A DNA stretch of 64,000 nt, from NCBI GenBank assembly GCA_964350885.1, contig CAYGKV010000006.1:18-64017 (forward strand), read 5' to 3'. Positions 1 to 9,475 of this stretch are shown here, piece after piece. Positions within the stretch are counted from its first letter, which is position 1; every line of letters begins with the position of its first letter. Position numbers and translations under genes: made by a program. The notes beneath the pieces were generated by a model. The model did no database searches. It was not told where the DNA came from and saw only the letters and a program-made list of their open reading frames with translations. This DNA is from an uncultured Candidatus Saccharibacteria bacterium. GTDB taxonomy: Bacteria > Patescibacteriota > Minisyncoccia > Phycocordibacterales > UBA2100.

Positions 1-1579
1 CCATACGCATGGTCCATTTCTGTTGAAAGGGATGGACCGCGCCGTCGCGCGTGTACTTGCGGCGATTGCGACTGGGGAGCGGATCGCGGTCTACGCGGAT
101 TTTGATTGCGATGGTATCCCCGGGGCTGCGCTGCTCTCAGATTTTTTCAGGAAGATCGGTTACGAGAATTTTGAAGTATATCTTCCGCACCGTGACCGTG
201 AGGGATATGGGTTTCATACGGCTGCGATAGGAGCGCTCGCCTCACGAGGGGTCACGCTGATCATTACCGTCGACGTTGGCACGAAAGCTCTCGAGGCGGT
301 GCAATTTGCAAAAGAAAAAGGCGTTGATGTAATCGTCACTGATCACCATGAAGTTTCGGGTGTGCTGCCAGAGGCAGTTGCACTGCTCAATCCAAAGATA
401 GCGCCATACCCGTTTCCTCATTTGTGTGGGGCGGCGGTCGCATTCAAATTGGCGCAGGCACTTCTTATTGAGGGGAAGCGCAGTAGTATCGCGTGTTTCA
501 CATCCATCCCCGATGGTTGGGAAAAGTGGCTGCTCGATATGGTTGCTATTGCAACGATCGCCGACATGGTGCCGCTTATAGGAGAGAATCGTGTGTTCGC
601 GCATTGGGGTCTTGCTGTCCTGCGTAAATCACCGCGCCCAGGCATACGGGCACTGTGCAAAAAAACGCGTCTCACACAGCGAGATCTCACCGAAGACGAT
701 ATTGGGTTTTCAATCGCGCCGCGCATCAATGCGGCTTCTCGAATGGATGAGCCTGATCTCGCGCTCAAACTTCTGACGACCAACAATGTTGTTGAAGCGG
801 ATGCCCTTGCGGCGCAATTGGAAAAATTAAACGCGAGCCGCAAGGGAATAGTTGCAAGCGTTGTGCGGCAAGCACGAATACATGTTGCGGAGCGCTTTAC
901 TTCGGATGATCGAGTTGTTGTATTGGGAAGTCCAGATTGGAAACCAGCACTCCTCGGACTTGCGGCGAATTCGATCATGAATGATCGCGGGGGAGTCGTG
1001 TGTCTCTGGGGCAGGGATGTAAACGGCGCACTCAAAGGCTCGTGTCGCTCCGATGGAAATGTTTCTCTCACCGATCTTTTTGCGAACGCGGGGGATGTAT
1101 TTGAAGAGTGCGGTGGCCATGCGGCATCGGGAGGATTTACGGTTTCACATGAGCGCGTGCATCATCTACCGCAAGCTTTGCGTGTTGCGGCCGCGGTCGC
1201 CTCGCTTGCAGCCGCTCCGAGTCCAGTCGAGAGGCGAACGCATGACGCTCTTCTCACGCTCTCCGAGATGGGGACGGTACTCTACAAAGATGTTTCTAGG
1301 CTCGCGCCGTTTGGCATGGGTAATCCAAAGCCGGTGTTTCGGATTGATGGGATAACGATTACCGAGGTGCGTCGTTTCGGTAAAGAAAACAATCACGTTG
1401 AAGTGATGTTAGGATGTGCGACGGGAAGTACCGCGCGCGGGTTTGATTTTTTCAAATCTCCCGATGATTTTTCTCTCGTCCCTGTCGTGGGCCTTTCTGT
1501 AGGGTTGCTCGCTACCATCGAACGCGATTCTTTCCGCGGTGGTCTCGCGCTCCGAATTGTTGATATCGTCCCAGCGTAA
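1..1579 (+). CDS. recJ: single-stranded-DNA-specific exonuclease RecJ (DHH/DHHA1 family), 5' end probably outside window
   Basis: ORF 23..1579; motifs DFDCDGI and VTDHH typical of the DHH phosphoesterase/RecJ core; the N-terminus looks truncated at the window edge. Confidence 0.8.
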   Translation, partial: HTHGPFLLKGMDRAVARVLAAIATGERIAVYADFDCDGIPGAALLSDFFRKIGYENFEVYLPHRDREGYGFHTAAIGALASRGVTLIITVDVGTKALEAVQFAKEKGVDVIVTDHHEVSGVLPEAVALLNPKIAPYPFPHLCGAAVAFKLAQALLIEGKRSSIACFTSIPDGWEKWLLDMVAIATIADMVPLIGENRVFAHWGLAVLRKSPRPGIRALCKKTRLTQRDLTEDDIGFSIAPRINAASRMDEPDLALKLLTTNNVVEADALAAQLEKLNASRKGIVASVVRQARIHVAERFTSDDRVVVLGSPDWKPALLGLAANSIMNDRGGVVCLWGRDVNGALKGSCRSDGNVSLTDLFANAGDVFEECGGHAASGGFTVSHERVHHLPQALRVAAAVASLAAAPSPVERRTHDALLTLSEMGTVLYKDVSRLAPFGMGNPKPVFRIDGITITEVRRFGKENNHVEVMLGCATGSTARGFDFFKSPDDFSLVPVVGLSVGLLATIERDSFRGGLALRIVDIVPA

Positions 1580-1596
1580 TATAGTGGGTCCTTCAT

Positions 1597-2022
1597 ATGA
1601 GGAAAATAATAATCTATACCGACGGCGGCGCGCGTAACAACCCTGGGCCCGCTGGCGCTGGGGTGCTCATTATTGATGGAAAAAAGAAAATCGAACTAAA
1701 AAAATTCCTTGGCGATCAGACAAATAATTGGGCGGAGTATGAAGCAATCGCGCTTGCGCTTGCGGAGGCAAAGAAACACAAACTTGAGAAGTGTGAGATA
1801 GAAGTGCGTGCCGACAGTCTGCTCGTGGTCGAACAGCTTTCAGGGAATTGGAAAATAAAAGAGCCGGCGTTGAAAACGAAACATGAAAAAATAAATGCGA
1901 TGATTATTGCGCATTTCCCAAATATTCATTTTGTACACGTGCCACGCGAGGAGAACACAGAAGCGGATCGCCTTGTGAACGAGGCTATTGATGTGGCGCT
2001 CGGGCAAAGATTGGGTTTATAA
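1597..2022 (+). CDS. rnhA: ribonuclease HI
   Basis: 141 aa; N-terminal IYTDGGARNNPGPAGAGV and NNWAEYEAIALAL match the RNase H fold catalytic motifs. Confidence 0.85.
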   Translation: MRKIIIYTDGGARNNPGPAGAGVLIIDGKKKIELKKFLGDQTNNWAEYEAIALALAEAKKHKLEKCEIEVRADSLLVVEQLSGNWKIKEPALKTKHEKINAMIIAHFPNIHFVHVPREENTEADRLVNEAIDVALGQRLGL

Positions 2023-2032
2023 TGAAGCATAC

Positions 2033-3373
2033 ATGCTGCTTCCAAAGCCAGCTCGGCAAGGCGCAATAATTTCATACGTTTCTATTATTGTCGGGGTTCT
2101 TATTGTAGGAATCGCTGCGTCTGTCTATGTCTATGTTCGTTTTGATGAATCTGTAAAGAGTCGCTTGATCGATCGGGCGGCTACTATGGCGCTCTTAATT
2201 CCTGCCGGTGAAATTGAAATGCTCGAGGGCGCTTCTACAGACGAACAAAGTCCAACCTACCAGAATTTGAAGATGCTTCTCATGGATGTGCGTGCGGCGA
2301 ATCGCGATGTCCGTTTCGTCTATCTTATTGGGCAGCTGCAAGATGGTAATCTCTTTTTCTATCTAGACTCGGAAGATGCTGCGTCACCTGATGTATCCCC
2401 GCCGGGTCAAATATATGACGAAGCGCCTCTTCCGATGTATGACGTACTCTCGGATGGGCGAAGCCGCAGTGATTCATATGTAGATCGGTGGGGCTCGTGG
2501 GTGTCAGGCTATGCAGCGGTACGTGCAGACGACGGTCGTATAGTCGCGCTTTTAGGAATCGACACACCGTCGCGGCAGTATTTCATTGAAGCGCTTTCCT
2601 ATGCTCTTCTGCCACTTCTTTTAAGTTTGTTTCTGGTGCTTATCGGGTCTGTCGCGCTCTATATTCACATACGCGAATTACGTTACACCACAGAGAGAAT
2701 AGAGTTTCTTTCTATCGCGTCGCATGAGATTCGCACGCCGCTCACTGGTATGCGATGGGCACTCGGTACTCTTTTGGAACATAAAACAGCGTTCAATCAA
2801 CATGACTCCGAGATACTTACGCGGATTCAAACGCTGTGCGACAAGCTAATTTCACGTATCAACAATCTTCTGAACGTCTCAGCCATCGGATCGAGAAGAA
2901 AGATTATTCTCAATAAGAAACAGGTGCCCTTTAAGGCCCTCATCAGCGTCATTTGTGATGATCTTGCTCTGAGCGCACGCGCACGCGACGTGGCGCTCGT
3001 CGTGGACTCGACGCTACACGATGACTGCATCGTTGCGTGTGATCCGGAGTATTTGCAGCAGGTGTTTCTCAACCTACTTTCCAATAGTATTAAGTATACT
3101 AAAGAGCATACGAGTGTAACGATTTCGTATCGCGCTGGCGATCGCACGCACGCGTTTTGCGTCAGCGATCAGGGTAGCGGTATTAAAAAAGAGGATGTTG
3201 AAAAAATCTTCAGCGGATACCATAGGACATCCAGCGCACTCGACTCCGGAGAATATGGTACGGGAATTGGCCTCTATCTCACGCTGCAGATAGTAAGGCT
3301 TCACGGAGGAGACATCGCCATCGAATCACCTGAAGGGTCTGGTGCGACATTTGTTGTCACGTTGCCACGCTAG
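2033..3373 (+). CDS. membrane-bound sensor histidine kinase
   Basis: TM helix, extracytoplasmic domain, second TM; H-box SHEIRTPLTGM; HATPase_c motifs GSGIKKEDVEKIF and GTGIGLYL. Start is uncertain: the ORF opens at 1988 and overlaps rnhA, so the first non-overlapping ATG (2033) is taken. Confidence 0.8.
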   Translation: MLLPKPARQGAIISYVSIIVGVLIVGIAASVYVYVRFDESVKSRLIDRAATMALLIPAGEIEMLEGASTDEQSPTYQNLKMLLMDVRAANRDVRFVYLIGQLQDGNLFFYLDSEDAASPDVSPPGQIYDEAPLPMYDVLSDGRSRSDSYVDRWGSWVSGYAAVRADDGRIVALLGIDTPSRQYFIEALSYALLPLLLSLFLVLIGSVALYIHIRELRYTTERIEFLSIASHEIRTPLTGMRWALGTLLEHKTAFNQHDSEILTRIQTLCDKLISRINNLLNVSAIGSRRKIILNKKQVPFKALISVICDDLALSARARDVALVVDSTLHDDCIVACDPEYLQQVFLNLLSNSIKYTKEHTSVTISYRAGDRTHAFCVSDQGSGIKKEDVEKIFSGYHRTSSALDSGEYGTGIGLYLTLQIVRLHGGDIAIESPEGSGATFVVTLPR

Positions 3374-3430
3374 AGGGTTGGGTTTGTGCAGGGTATACTC
3401 GGGTTATCTAATAGTCGTTACAGTCAAACT

Positions 3431-3745
3431 ATGCGCGAATATTTCAAAGGTCAGGCGGTAGGGTTCGTCCAATTCATGCGTGAACAGGGAGTGATGGGCC
3501 TCGCTCTCGGTTTCATTCTCGGTACTTCGGTTTCGAAGGTCGTCGCATCTTTCTCAACCGACATCATCAACCCCGTTATCGCCTTTGTGCTTGGTTCGAC
3601 CGATCGCCTCGAGTCGCTCGCTTTTGGTTCGGTGCGTATCGGCAACTTTCTTTCTAATGTAATGGATTTCGTAATTATCGCGGGAGTCGTCTACCTGCTT
3701 TTCAAAATGCTCAGTCTCGACAAGCTCGACATCAAAAAATTGTAA
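3431..3745 (+). CDS. mscL: large-conductance mechanosensitive channel MscL
   Basis: MREYFKGQAVGFVQFMREQGVMGLALGFILGTS ... INPVIAFVLG matches the MscL N-terminus and TM1. Confidence 0.85.
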   Translation: MREYFKGQAVGFVQFMREQGVMGLALGFILGTSVSKVVASFSTDIINPVIAFVLGSTDRLESLAFGSVRIGNFLSNVMDFVIIAGVVYLLFKMLSLDKLDIKKL

Positions 3746-5259
3746 TGGCGACTCGGGTTCTCTGGGCGATCATCGCAGGATTTCTCGCAGGTGTTTTCAT
3801 TCGTTCGTTTGTTACTCTGGGGTGGGCTTCTGTGGGTTTTGTGGTGTTGCTTGGGGCGACGATCGCAGTGCTTTCGATTTTTGATCGCTCAAAGACTCAC
3901 GCATTTCTCGTTGTTGCGGTTGCGCTGCTCGCGTGTGTCGTGGGTATTGTGCGCACAGAAAGTGCGGCGCTTCGAGGTGATCCATTGTTCACAGAGCATC
4001 TCGGCTCTCATGTGGTACTTCGGGGAGTCGTCGTCTCCGAGCCGGATGTACGCGAAACAAGCATTCGTATTCATATTGATGCGGAAGAATTGATCGTGGG
4101 AAGTTCGACCCGCTCGGTGCACGCGGGGATTCTCGTCGTCGTACCCGCGCATACGAAAGTGGCATATGGGGATACGGTAAAAGCGGAAGGGGAGCTGGGA
4201 TTGCCCGAGCCTTTCGACACTACCCTCGGACGACAATTTAATTATCCCGCGTATCTTGCAAAAGACGGCATTGCGTATGTGCTGTCCTCTGCGCACATAG
4301 AATCCACTGGAGATAATCGTGGAAATATTTTGCAAGCCGGGGCGATATGGGTGAAGCATGAATTTCTGAAGGGGTTGCGGGCAGCGTTACCCGAGCCGGA
4401 AGCAGGGCTTGCGGGAGGAATTACCGTCGGAGACAAGCGCTCAATCGGGAAAGAGCTTGCCGATACATTCATTGCCGTCTCTCTCATTCACGTGGTCGTC
4501 TTGTCCGGATACAACATCACCATCGTAATAAATGCGATACGACGAATGGTGTATTTCTTGCCGCGGATGTTTCAGTACGGAGCGATCGCCTTCTCGGTAC
4601 TCTTCATCGTCCTTATGACCGGCGGCGCACCGAGCGCCACGCGTGCGGCCTCGATGTCTCTCATCGCGGTCTTTGCGCGCGCGAGTGCTCGCACATTTAT
4701 CGCGCTGCGTATTCTCGGAGTCGTCGTACTTGCGATGGTCGCATGGAATCCCTTGTATCTCGTATACGATCCCGGTTTTCAACTGTCGGTCTTGGCGACG
4801 CTCGGCCTCATTCTTTTCATACCACCCATCGCAGAGCGCATACAATGGATTACCGAAAAGTTTGGATTACGTGAGATAGTCGCCGCCACGCTCTCGACGC
4901 AGCTCATGGTCTTGCCGCTTCTCCTATATCAAAATGGTCTCTTTTCGGTAGTTTCTCTGCCCGCAAACCTTCTTGCGCTCATCGCGGTGCCGTATGCGAT
5001 GTTTGCCGCGATCATTGCAGCGATTGCGGGGATGATAGCGGGCCCATTCGCGCTCGTCATTGCGCTGCCAGCCCTTGCGCTCCTCAGCTATATCATCGCG
5101 GTCGCCAAGTTTTTCGCCGCACTCCCGTTTGCCACGCTTTCTATCCCCGCATTCAGCGCGTGGTGGATGCTTGCGGCGTACGCACTTATCCTCAGTTTGT
5201 TGTGGTATATGCAAAAAAGAAGAGGCGGCCGGGACGAGGTCCCGGCCGCTCGGAGGTAG
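3745..5259 (+). CDS. comEC: ComEC/Rec2 family competence protein: polytopic membrane competence domain only, no MBL domain
   Basis: 504 aa, about 10 TM helices; ComEC-type competence-domain region (SLIHVVVLSGYNI). The start ATG overlaps the mscL stop (TAATG). The C-terminal metallo-beta-lactamase domain is absent from this ORF. Confidence 0.7.
   Translation: MATRVLWAIIAGFLAGVFIRSFVTLGWASVGFVVLLGATIAVLSIFDRSKTHAFLVVAVALLACVVGIVRTESAALRGDPLFTEHLGSHVVLRGVVVSEPDVRETSIRIHIDAEELIVGSSTRSVHAGILVVVPAHTKVAYGDTVKAEGELGLPEPFDTTLGRQFNYPAYLAKDGIAYVLSSAHIESTGDNRGNILQAGAIWVKHEFLKGLRAALPEPEAGLAGGITVGDKRSIGKELADTFIAVSLIHVVVLSGYNITIVINAIRRMVYFLPRMFQYGAIAFSVLFIVLMTGGAPSATRAASMSLIAVFARASARTFIALRILGVVVLAMVAWNPLYLVYDPGFQLSVLATLGLILFIPPIAERIQWITEKFGLREIVAATLSTQLMVLPLLLYQNGLFSVVSLPANLLALIAVPYAMFAAIIAAIAGMIAGPFALVIALPALALLSYIIAVAKFFAALPFATLSIPAFSAWWMLAAYALILSLLWYMQKRRGGRDEVPAARR
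5222..5250. terminator. bidirectional rho-independent terminator hairpin
   Basis: ggcggccgggac-gag-gtcccggccgc perfect GC stem between the convergent comEC (+) and 5275..5634 (-). Confidence 0.6.
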
Positions 5260-5274
5260 GATTGCCGACCTCCG

Positions 5275-5634
5275 TTATTCCACGCGCAAGGGACTGAGTT
5301 CGTCTGCGGTAGGTGCGAAAGCACCATCAAGGACGAGTCTGCCGCCCTTGTAAGGCGGCCCTTCAAATCGCTCCTTCTCGGCCCCGATCCAATCCAGGAC
5401 CCGAAGGACGAGAGGGTCGGCTTGCATCTCGAGCGCCCTCGCGCACTTGATGATGGACCTTCCCAAATCGTCGTGCCCCTTCGGGATTGCCGTCCCGTGG
5501 AACATCATCAACGCTCCATGGAACCTCGCCGTGGCCACGTTCGCGTCGTACGCGGAAGAGCCTTTGTGTTCCGCCATCGCCGCGATGGCAGCGAATACAT
5601 CGATACGTTCATGAAATGGTCGGGCCTCAGCCAT
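5275..5634 (-). CDS. hypothetical protein (119 aa)
   Basis: Clean ORF convergent with comEC; no recognisable motifs. Confidence 0.4.
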   Translation of the reverse strand: MAEARPFHERIDVFAAIAAMAEHKGSSAYDANVATARFHGALMMFHGTAIPKGHDDLGRSIIKCARALEMQADPLVLRVLDWIGAEKERFEGPPYKGGRLVLDGAFAPTADELSPLRVE

Positions 5635-5731
5635 CTTTGTTCTCCCTAATGATCAACCCGCTGCTCAAAAGCAACGAGGCCCCACCTTTGTGGAGCCTCG
5701 GAAGCCTAACGTAAAAATCAGTTTAAGACAA

Positions 5732-6179
5732 TCACATTGATGAAGAAGCTGGCATTGCCTTTGGTTGCCTGTACCATCCCACCAAAGCCGCCGGGATTAT
5801 CCAGTAGCCGAGGAGGATGAGCGTGGTCCAGTTCCAGATGAAGGGCACGAAATTCGGCAACACATCGACGACCGAAGAGAAGGAGCCGCTCTGCGCCAAG
5901 ACGCCCGCGACACCGGTCACAAACGCCGTTACGATCGCGACCGCAAATCCTGTAACGCCAAAGATTACACCGCTTTGGAGGCTTCGCGGTGCCCCGCCCA
6001 TGTACCACCACGTTAGAGCTCCAACTACGATTGCGGCGAGAGCGACGAACACCATGTATTGTGGTGTGAGAATTCCTCCACCTGCGGCGGCCGGTACGAG
6101 CGCGACGACTGCGGCGACTACCGTGTTAATCAAATAATTTCCAAAGAATCCCACCAATACTGATCGTTCGACGTTCATA
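5732..6179 (-). CDS. hypothetical integral membrane protein
   Basis: ORF 5732..6268; start taken at MNVERSVLVG (6179); four hydrophobic helices. Confidence 0.45.
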
Positions 6180-6295
6180 TTGCAGTAATAATTATAAATA
6201 AGGGGTAACGGCATAAGGATACCATACCTTTTTTCGCAAATGATGGGGGAGAGGCGGCCTGTGGACACTGGTTCCGGGGCTTTCCTAGCTTGATG

Positions 6296-6889
6296 CTATC
6301 TCTGCGCGTCTGCAAACCGCTTTTCCACCACACTCCAATTGAGGTTTTTGAAGAAGGCGTCGATGTATTTTCCTTTGCCCGCAGCGCCGTAATCGAGGAT
6401 GAACGCGTGTTCCCACACATCGAGGGCGAGAATAATGGGGAGCGTGACGAAATGCCCCTGGTGCTGCTCACCCGAGAATCCAGTGAGGAATTGCTTAGCC
6501 TCGGGATCCCAATACAGGATTGCCCACCCCGGGCCGCGCATGAGGGCGATCGCACGGAACATCCCGAGAAAATACTCGAGTTTCTGATACTCCGATTCGA
6601 TTTGTTTTGCGAGAGTTCCGTTTGTGGGCATCGATGAAGAGCCTCCCTCGAATTGAGCGAAGTAGAGCTCGTGAAGTCGCATGCCATCGAATTCAAATGA
6701 GCGGCGACGGATCAATTCGGAGAGCGCGTGCGCGTTTTTCTCAGGATCTTTGGCATATTCCGGCAACAGGGCTGAAATTGCGTTGAAATTCTTCACATAT
6801 CCCGCATAGAGGCCGAGATGTTCTTCTACGGATTTCTTTGAAATTCCCTCAAGCTCGGGCAGGGTAAACTTCTTTTCTTGGTATTGCAT
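6296..6889 (-). CDS. Fe/Mn-family superoxide dismutase
   Basis: LDVWEHAFILDYG matches the Fe/Mn SOD signature DVWEHAYYLDY; N-terminal KFTLPELEG resembles the SOD N-terminus; about 198 aa. Confidence 0.8.
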   Translation of the reverse strand: MQYQEKKFTLPELEGISKKSVEEHLGLYAGYVKNFNAISALLPEYAKDPEKNAHALSELIRRRSFEFDGMRLHELYFAQFEGGSSSMPTNGTLAKQIESEYQKLEYFLGMFRAIALMRGPGWAILYWDPEAKQFLTGFSGEQHQGHFVTLPIILALDVWEHAFILDYGAAGKGKYIDAFFKNLNWSVVEKRFADAQR

Positions 6890-7009
6890 GCTCCGCATTA
6901 TACACGCCCGTCTTTGAGGTGTGCATGAACGACTTGCACAAACTAGCATGTAAGGAGTAGGCTTGTGTCGTGAAGCTCGCGGTGAGCTCCATAAAAGCGG
7001 GGATGACAG

Positions 7010-7258
7010 ATGAGAAGGTTCACTTTAACGTTACAGGCAGGGGTCCTGCTGATGTTAGTGGCGGTCATTGGCGTCAATTTCGGCGGGGCGATGATCAAGC
7101 GCCTCCAGAAAGCGTCCTCCAGTTCGGAGGGAGATCAAAAGGTCCCCATGTTGCTGGGATCGTTAGATGGGGGGGAGCCTCCCATCATTGTCTTCGAGCA
7201 CGTCGGGTGCGAGAAGAATCCATACTGTAGCGTCCTCTGGAAGGGGGACGAGATGTAA
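7010..7258 (+). CDS. small hypothetical membrane/secreted protein (82 aa)
   Basis: N-terminal TM helix (LQAGVLLMLVAVIGV); followed by a strong UUCG-tetraloop terminator. Confidence 0.35.
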   Translation: MRRFTLTLQAGVLLMLVAVIGVNFGGAMIKRLQKASSSSEGDQKVPMLLGSLDGGEPPIIVFEHVGCEKNPYCSVLWKGDEM

Positions 7259-7265
7259 TCTCTGG

Positions 7266-7300
7266 GGCGCGGCGACTTCGGTCGCCGCGCTCACGATTTT
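7266..7300 (+). terminator. rho-independent terminator
   Basis: ggggcgcggcgac-ttcg-gtcgccgcgctc stem-loop followed by acgattttt. Confidence 0.65.
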
Positions 7301-7353
7301 TAGAAATTCTCAATGAGCGCTGGAGATATCGTTTGTGAATGTAGAATGGCGCA

Positions 7354-8211
7354 ATGCGTCGAAGCGTACAGATTGTAGGGATCACGATACTCTTCTTTTT
7401 GTGCACCAACGGAATTATCTGGTACACGGTGTTGCGCGAAGACCGGAATGGACTTCTCACGGTCTCTTTTCTCGACGTAGGCCAAGGTGACGCGATTTTT
7501 ATCGAAGCGCCATCGGGGCGTCAAGTGCTTATCGACGGCGGGCCCGGCAGTAATGTCTTGCAAAGACTCGCCGCGGTGATCCCTTGATGGGATCGCTCTA
7601 TTGATGTCGTGATTGCGACGCATCCTGATGCGGATCACATCAGCGGCCTCATTGATGTGCTCGATCGCTATACGGTCGGGACGGTAGTGCATTCGAGTAT
7701 AGAAGGGGATACGAAAACCGCGAAGGCGCTTGTCGAAGCGATGAGGCAGGAAGAAGGCGCAAAACAAATTACGGCAATGCGCGGGCAGATTATCGATCTT
7801 GGTCGTGGCGCGTACCTCGAGGTGCTTTTCCCGGACAGACCGCTCCCCAATGTGGAAACAAATCTCGGGTGTGTAGTTGCGCGGCTTGTCTATGGCGAGA
7901 CAGCATTTATGTTCTCCTGCGATTCTCCTCAGGCGATTGAGAATTATTTGGTGCGATTGGATGGGAAGGGTTTGCGCTCGGATGTATTGAAAGCAGGGCA
8001 CCATGGCTCCAAGACATCCTCGTCGGAGCTATTTTTGGGTTTTGTAAACCCAGCATACGGGGTTTACTCGCGTGGCTGTGAAAATAAATACGGCCACCCA
8101 TCTCAAGAGACGGTGGAGCGCTTCGCGCAATTCGAAATCCCGACGTTTGATACTTGCACGGACGGCACGATCACGTTCGTGTCGGATGGAAAAACCGTGG
8201 AGAAGAATTAG
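7354..8211 (+). pseudogene. ComEC-type metallo-beta-lactamase domain protein, membrane-anchored, interrupted by an in-frame TGA at 7585-7587
   Basis: ORFs 7354..7587 and 7609..8211 share one frame. Translation reads VLIDGGPGSNVLQRLAAVIP*WDRSIDVVIATHPDADHISGL, which is contiguous through the ComEC C-terminal MBL motif (HxHxDH). KAGHHGSKTSS follows downstream. Confidence 0.7.
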
Positions 8212-8450
8212 ATGAGTCCCGCTTTCTTGAGGGTGAGAAACGCACCACGTTTTTGCATGGTTTTGAGCCCTTTTGCAGATACTGTGATCGTGACTTTCTT
8301 GCCAAGCTCGGGAATGAAAAGGGTCTTTTTCTGGAGGTTGACCTGGCGGCGGCGTTTGCCGGTCGGATTGAATTTGGTCGCGCGGACACGGTTGGAATAC
8401 CCGCCGCCGACCTGGGAGTGTTTACCTGTTATTGCACAAATGCGGGCCAT
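8208..8450 (-). CDS. rpmB: 50S ribosomal protein L28
   Basis: MARICAITGKHSQVGGGYSNRVRATKFNPTGKRRRQVNLQKK is a typical L28 sequence. Confidence 0.9.
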   Translation of the reverse strand: MARICAITGKHSQVGGGYSNRVRATKFNPTGKRRRQVNLQKKTLFIPELGKKVTITVSAKGLKTMQKRGAFLTLKKAGLI

Positions 8451-8537
8451 ATGTTCGGGCATCCTAGCATTCGTGCCCGACAAACGCAATAAAATTGATG
8501 AAGTCTATACGCATACACGCATCTCGATGCAGCATAC

Positions 8538-8786
8538 CTAGAGATTGCGATATGTCTGCTCGTTCCTGCGCTCGATTGTGAACAAAAACGGTACGCCCTT
8601 GGATAGGCGGTATACAACGCGTACAGATCCCTTACGCGCACGGTAGATGTCATCTCTGCCTCTGAGCTTTTTGATATCGAGTCTCGAGGTTTCTCCTGCA
8701 ACGATGGCCGCAAGGATATGTCGCACTTTCTCGCGATCTTTGAGAGACAGCTTCGCGAGCTCTTTGTCGATGCGGTCCATATGCAC
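8538..8786 (-). CDS. type II toxin, RelE/ParE superfamily
   Basis: 82 aa; its start ATG overlaps the stop of the upstream antitoxin (ATGA); C-terminal VRVVYRL...FLFTIERRNE resembles the RelE/ParE core. Confidence 0.65.
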   Translation of the reverse strand: MHMDRIDKELAKLSLKDREKVRHILAAIVAGETSRLDIKKLRGRDDIYRARKGSVRVVYRLSKGVPFLFTIERRNEQTYRNL

Positions 8787-9007
8787 TAGATTCTCGACAG
8801 TATGTCTGCGATAGCGACCCCGCCCTTGCGAATCTTGGTGAAATCAACGACGGTTTCCCACGCGTCTTCCTCATCAGCCGGGGCAATCCGAAAGACAGGC
8901 TCAGATCGTCGAAATACAACAAATGACTCGCCCTTCCCTATGCGAGAAATATATGCGTCGAGATTCTCCCGCAACTCCTTCACGTTAACAGTCTTCATGC
9001 GCTTCAA
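8786..9007 (-). CDS. type II antitoxin, Phd/YefM-like
   Basis: 73 aa, KTVNVKELRENLDAYISRI; immediately upstream of the toxin and translationally coupled to it. Confidence 0.6.
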   Translation of the reverse strand: MKRMKTVNVKELRENLDAYISRIGKGESFVVFRRSEPVFRIAPADEEDAWETVVDFTKIRKGGVAIADILSRI

Positions 9008-9109
9008 GATAATCTTAAGATAAACTTATGTCAAGGTCACGGAATGACGAGAACGTAGACGATCTCGCACAAGAGGATGACATGCATCGTTTTATGAATA
9101 TACGAATAA

Positions 9110-9140
9110 CAAAAACGGCGGAGCAAGCTCCGCCGTTCTA
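9110..9140 (-). terminator. rho-independent terminator (reads on the minus strand)
   Basis: Minus strand: gaacggcggagcttgctccgccgtttttgtt, a hairpin followed by a T-run. Confidence 0.6.
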
Positions 9141-9153
9141 ACGCTTTGTGCAG

Positions 9154-9381
9154 CTAGTCACCGCGCGCGAGCGCGGCGAGCCTCGACACGACCAGGTAAA
9201 GGTCGACAAGGCCGCATTCGGACCAGGGTTGCGTTCTGGTGCAGAAATCGTGACAGGGTTCGGCGAGTTTCTGCAGCTGCCAAGCTGTGTAGAGCAGCTT
9301 TTCCCTGTCCAGTCTGTCGGCCGTCCTGACCTCTTGGTCAGTCAGACGACAATGTCCAGCGGTTTGTCCAAAGGACTCCAC
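9154..9381 (-). CDS. hypothetical small Cys-containing protein (75 aa, GTG start)
   Basis: On the minus strand a perfect SD (AAGGAGGTG) sits at the ORF start and the terminator at 9110-9140 lies downstream. Very GC-rich and could instead be an ncRNA. Confidence 0.3.
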   Translation of the reverse strand: MESFGQTAGHCRLTDQEVRTADRLDREKLLYTAWQLQKLAEPCHDFCTRTQPWSECGLVDLYLVVSRLAALARGD

Positions 9382-9475
9382 CTCCTTTCTTGACCAAGGA
9401 TTGGGTCAGTGTGGATATATAGCATGCCCTTGAAAAAACAAAAGGAAATCGGTTTGTGTTACTATTCCTGCACGC

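Noticed and set aside
7585-7587. In-frame TGA as evidence of an alternative genetic code (code 25, TGA=Gly)
   Set aside because: All other long ORFs in the window terminate cleanly at TGA/TAA/TAG with standard code, and GC content is high. A nonsense mutation or sequencing error is far more likely.
8154-8541. Plus-strand ORFs 8154..8492 and 8212..8541
   Set aside because: They lie antisense to the well-conserved rpmB (L28) gene and are shadow ORFs.
9375-9395. ccacctcctttct resembling the 16S rRNA 3' end
   Set aside because: There is no other rRNA sequence around it. It is the reverse complement of a Shine-Dalgarno (AAGGAGGTG) on the minus strand.
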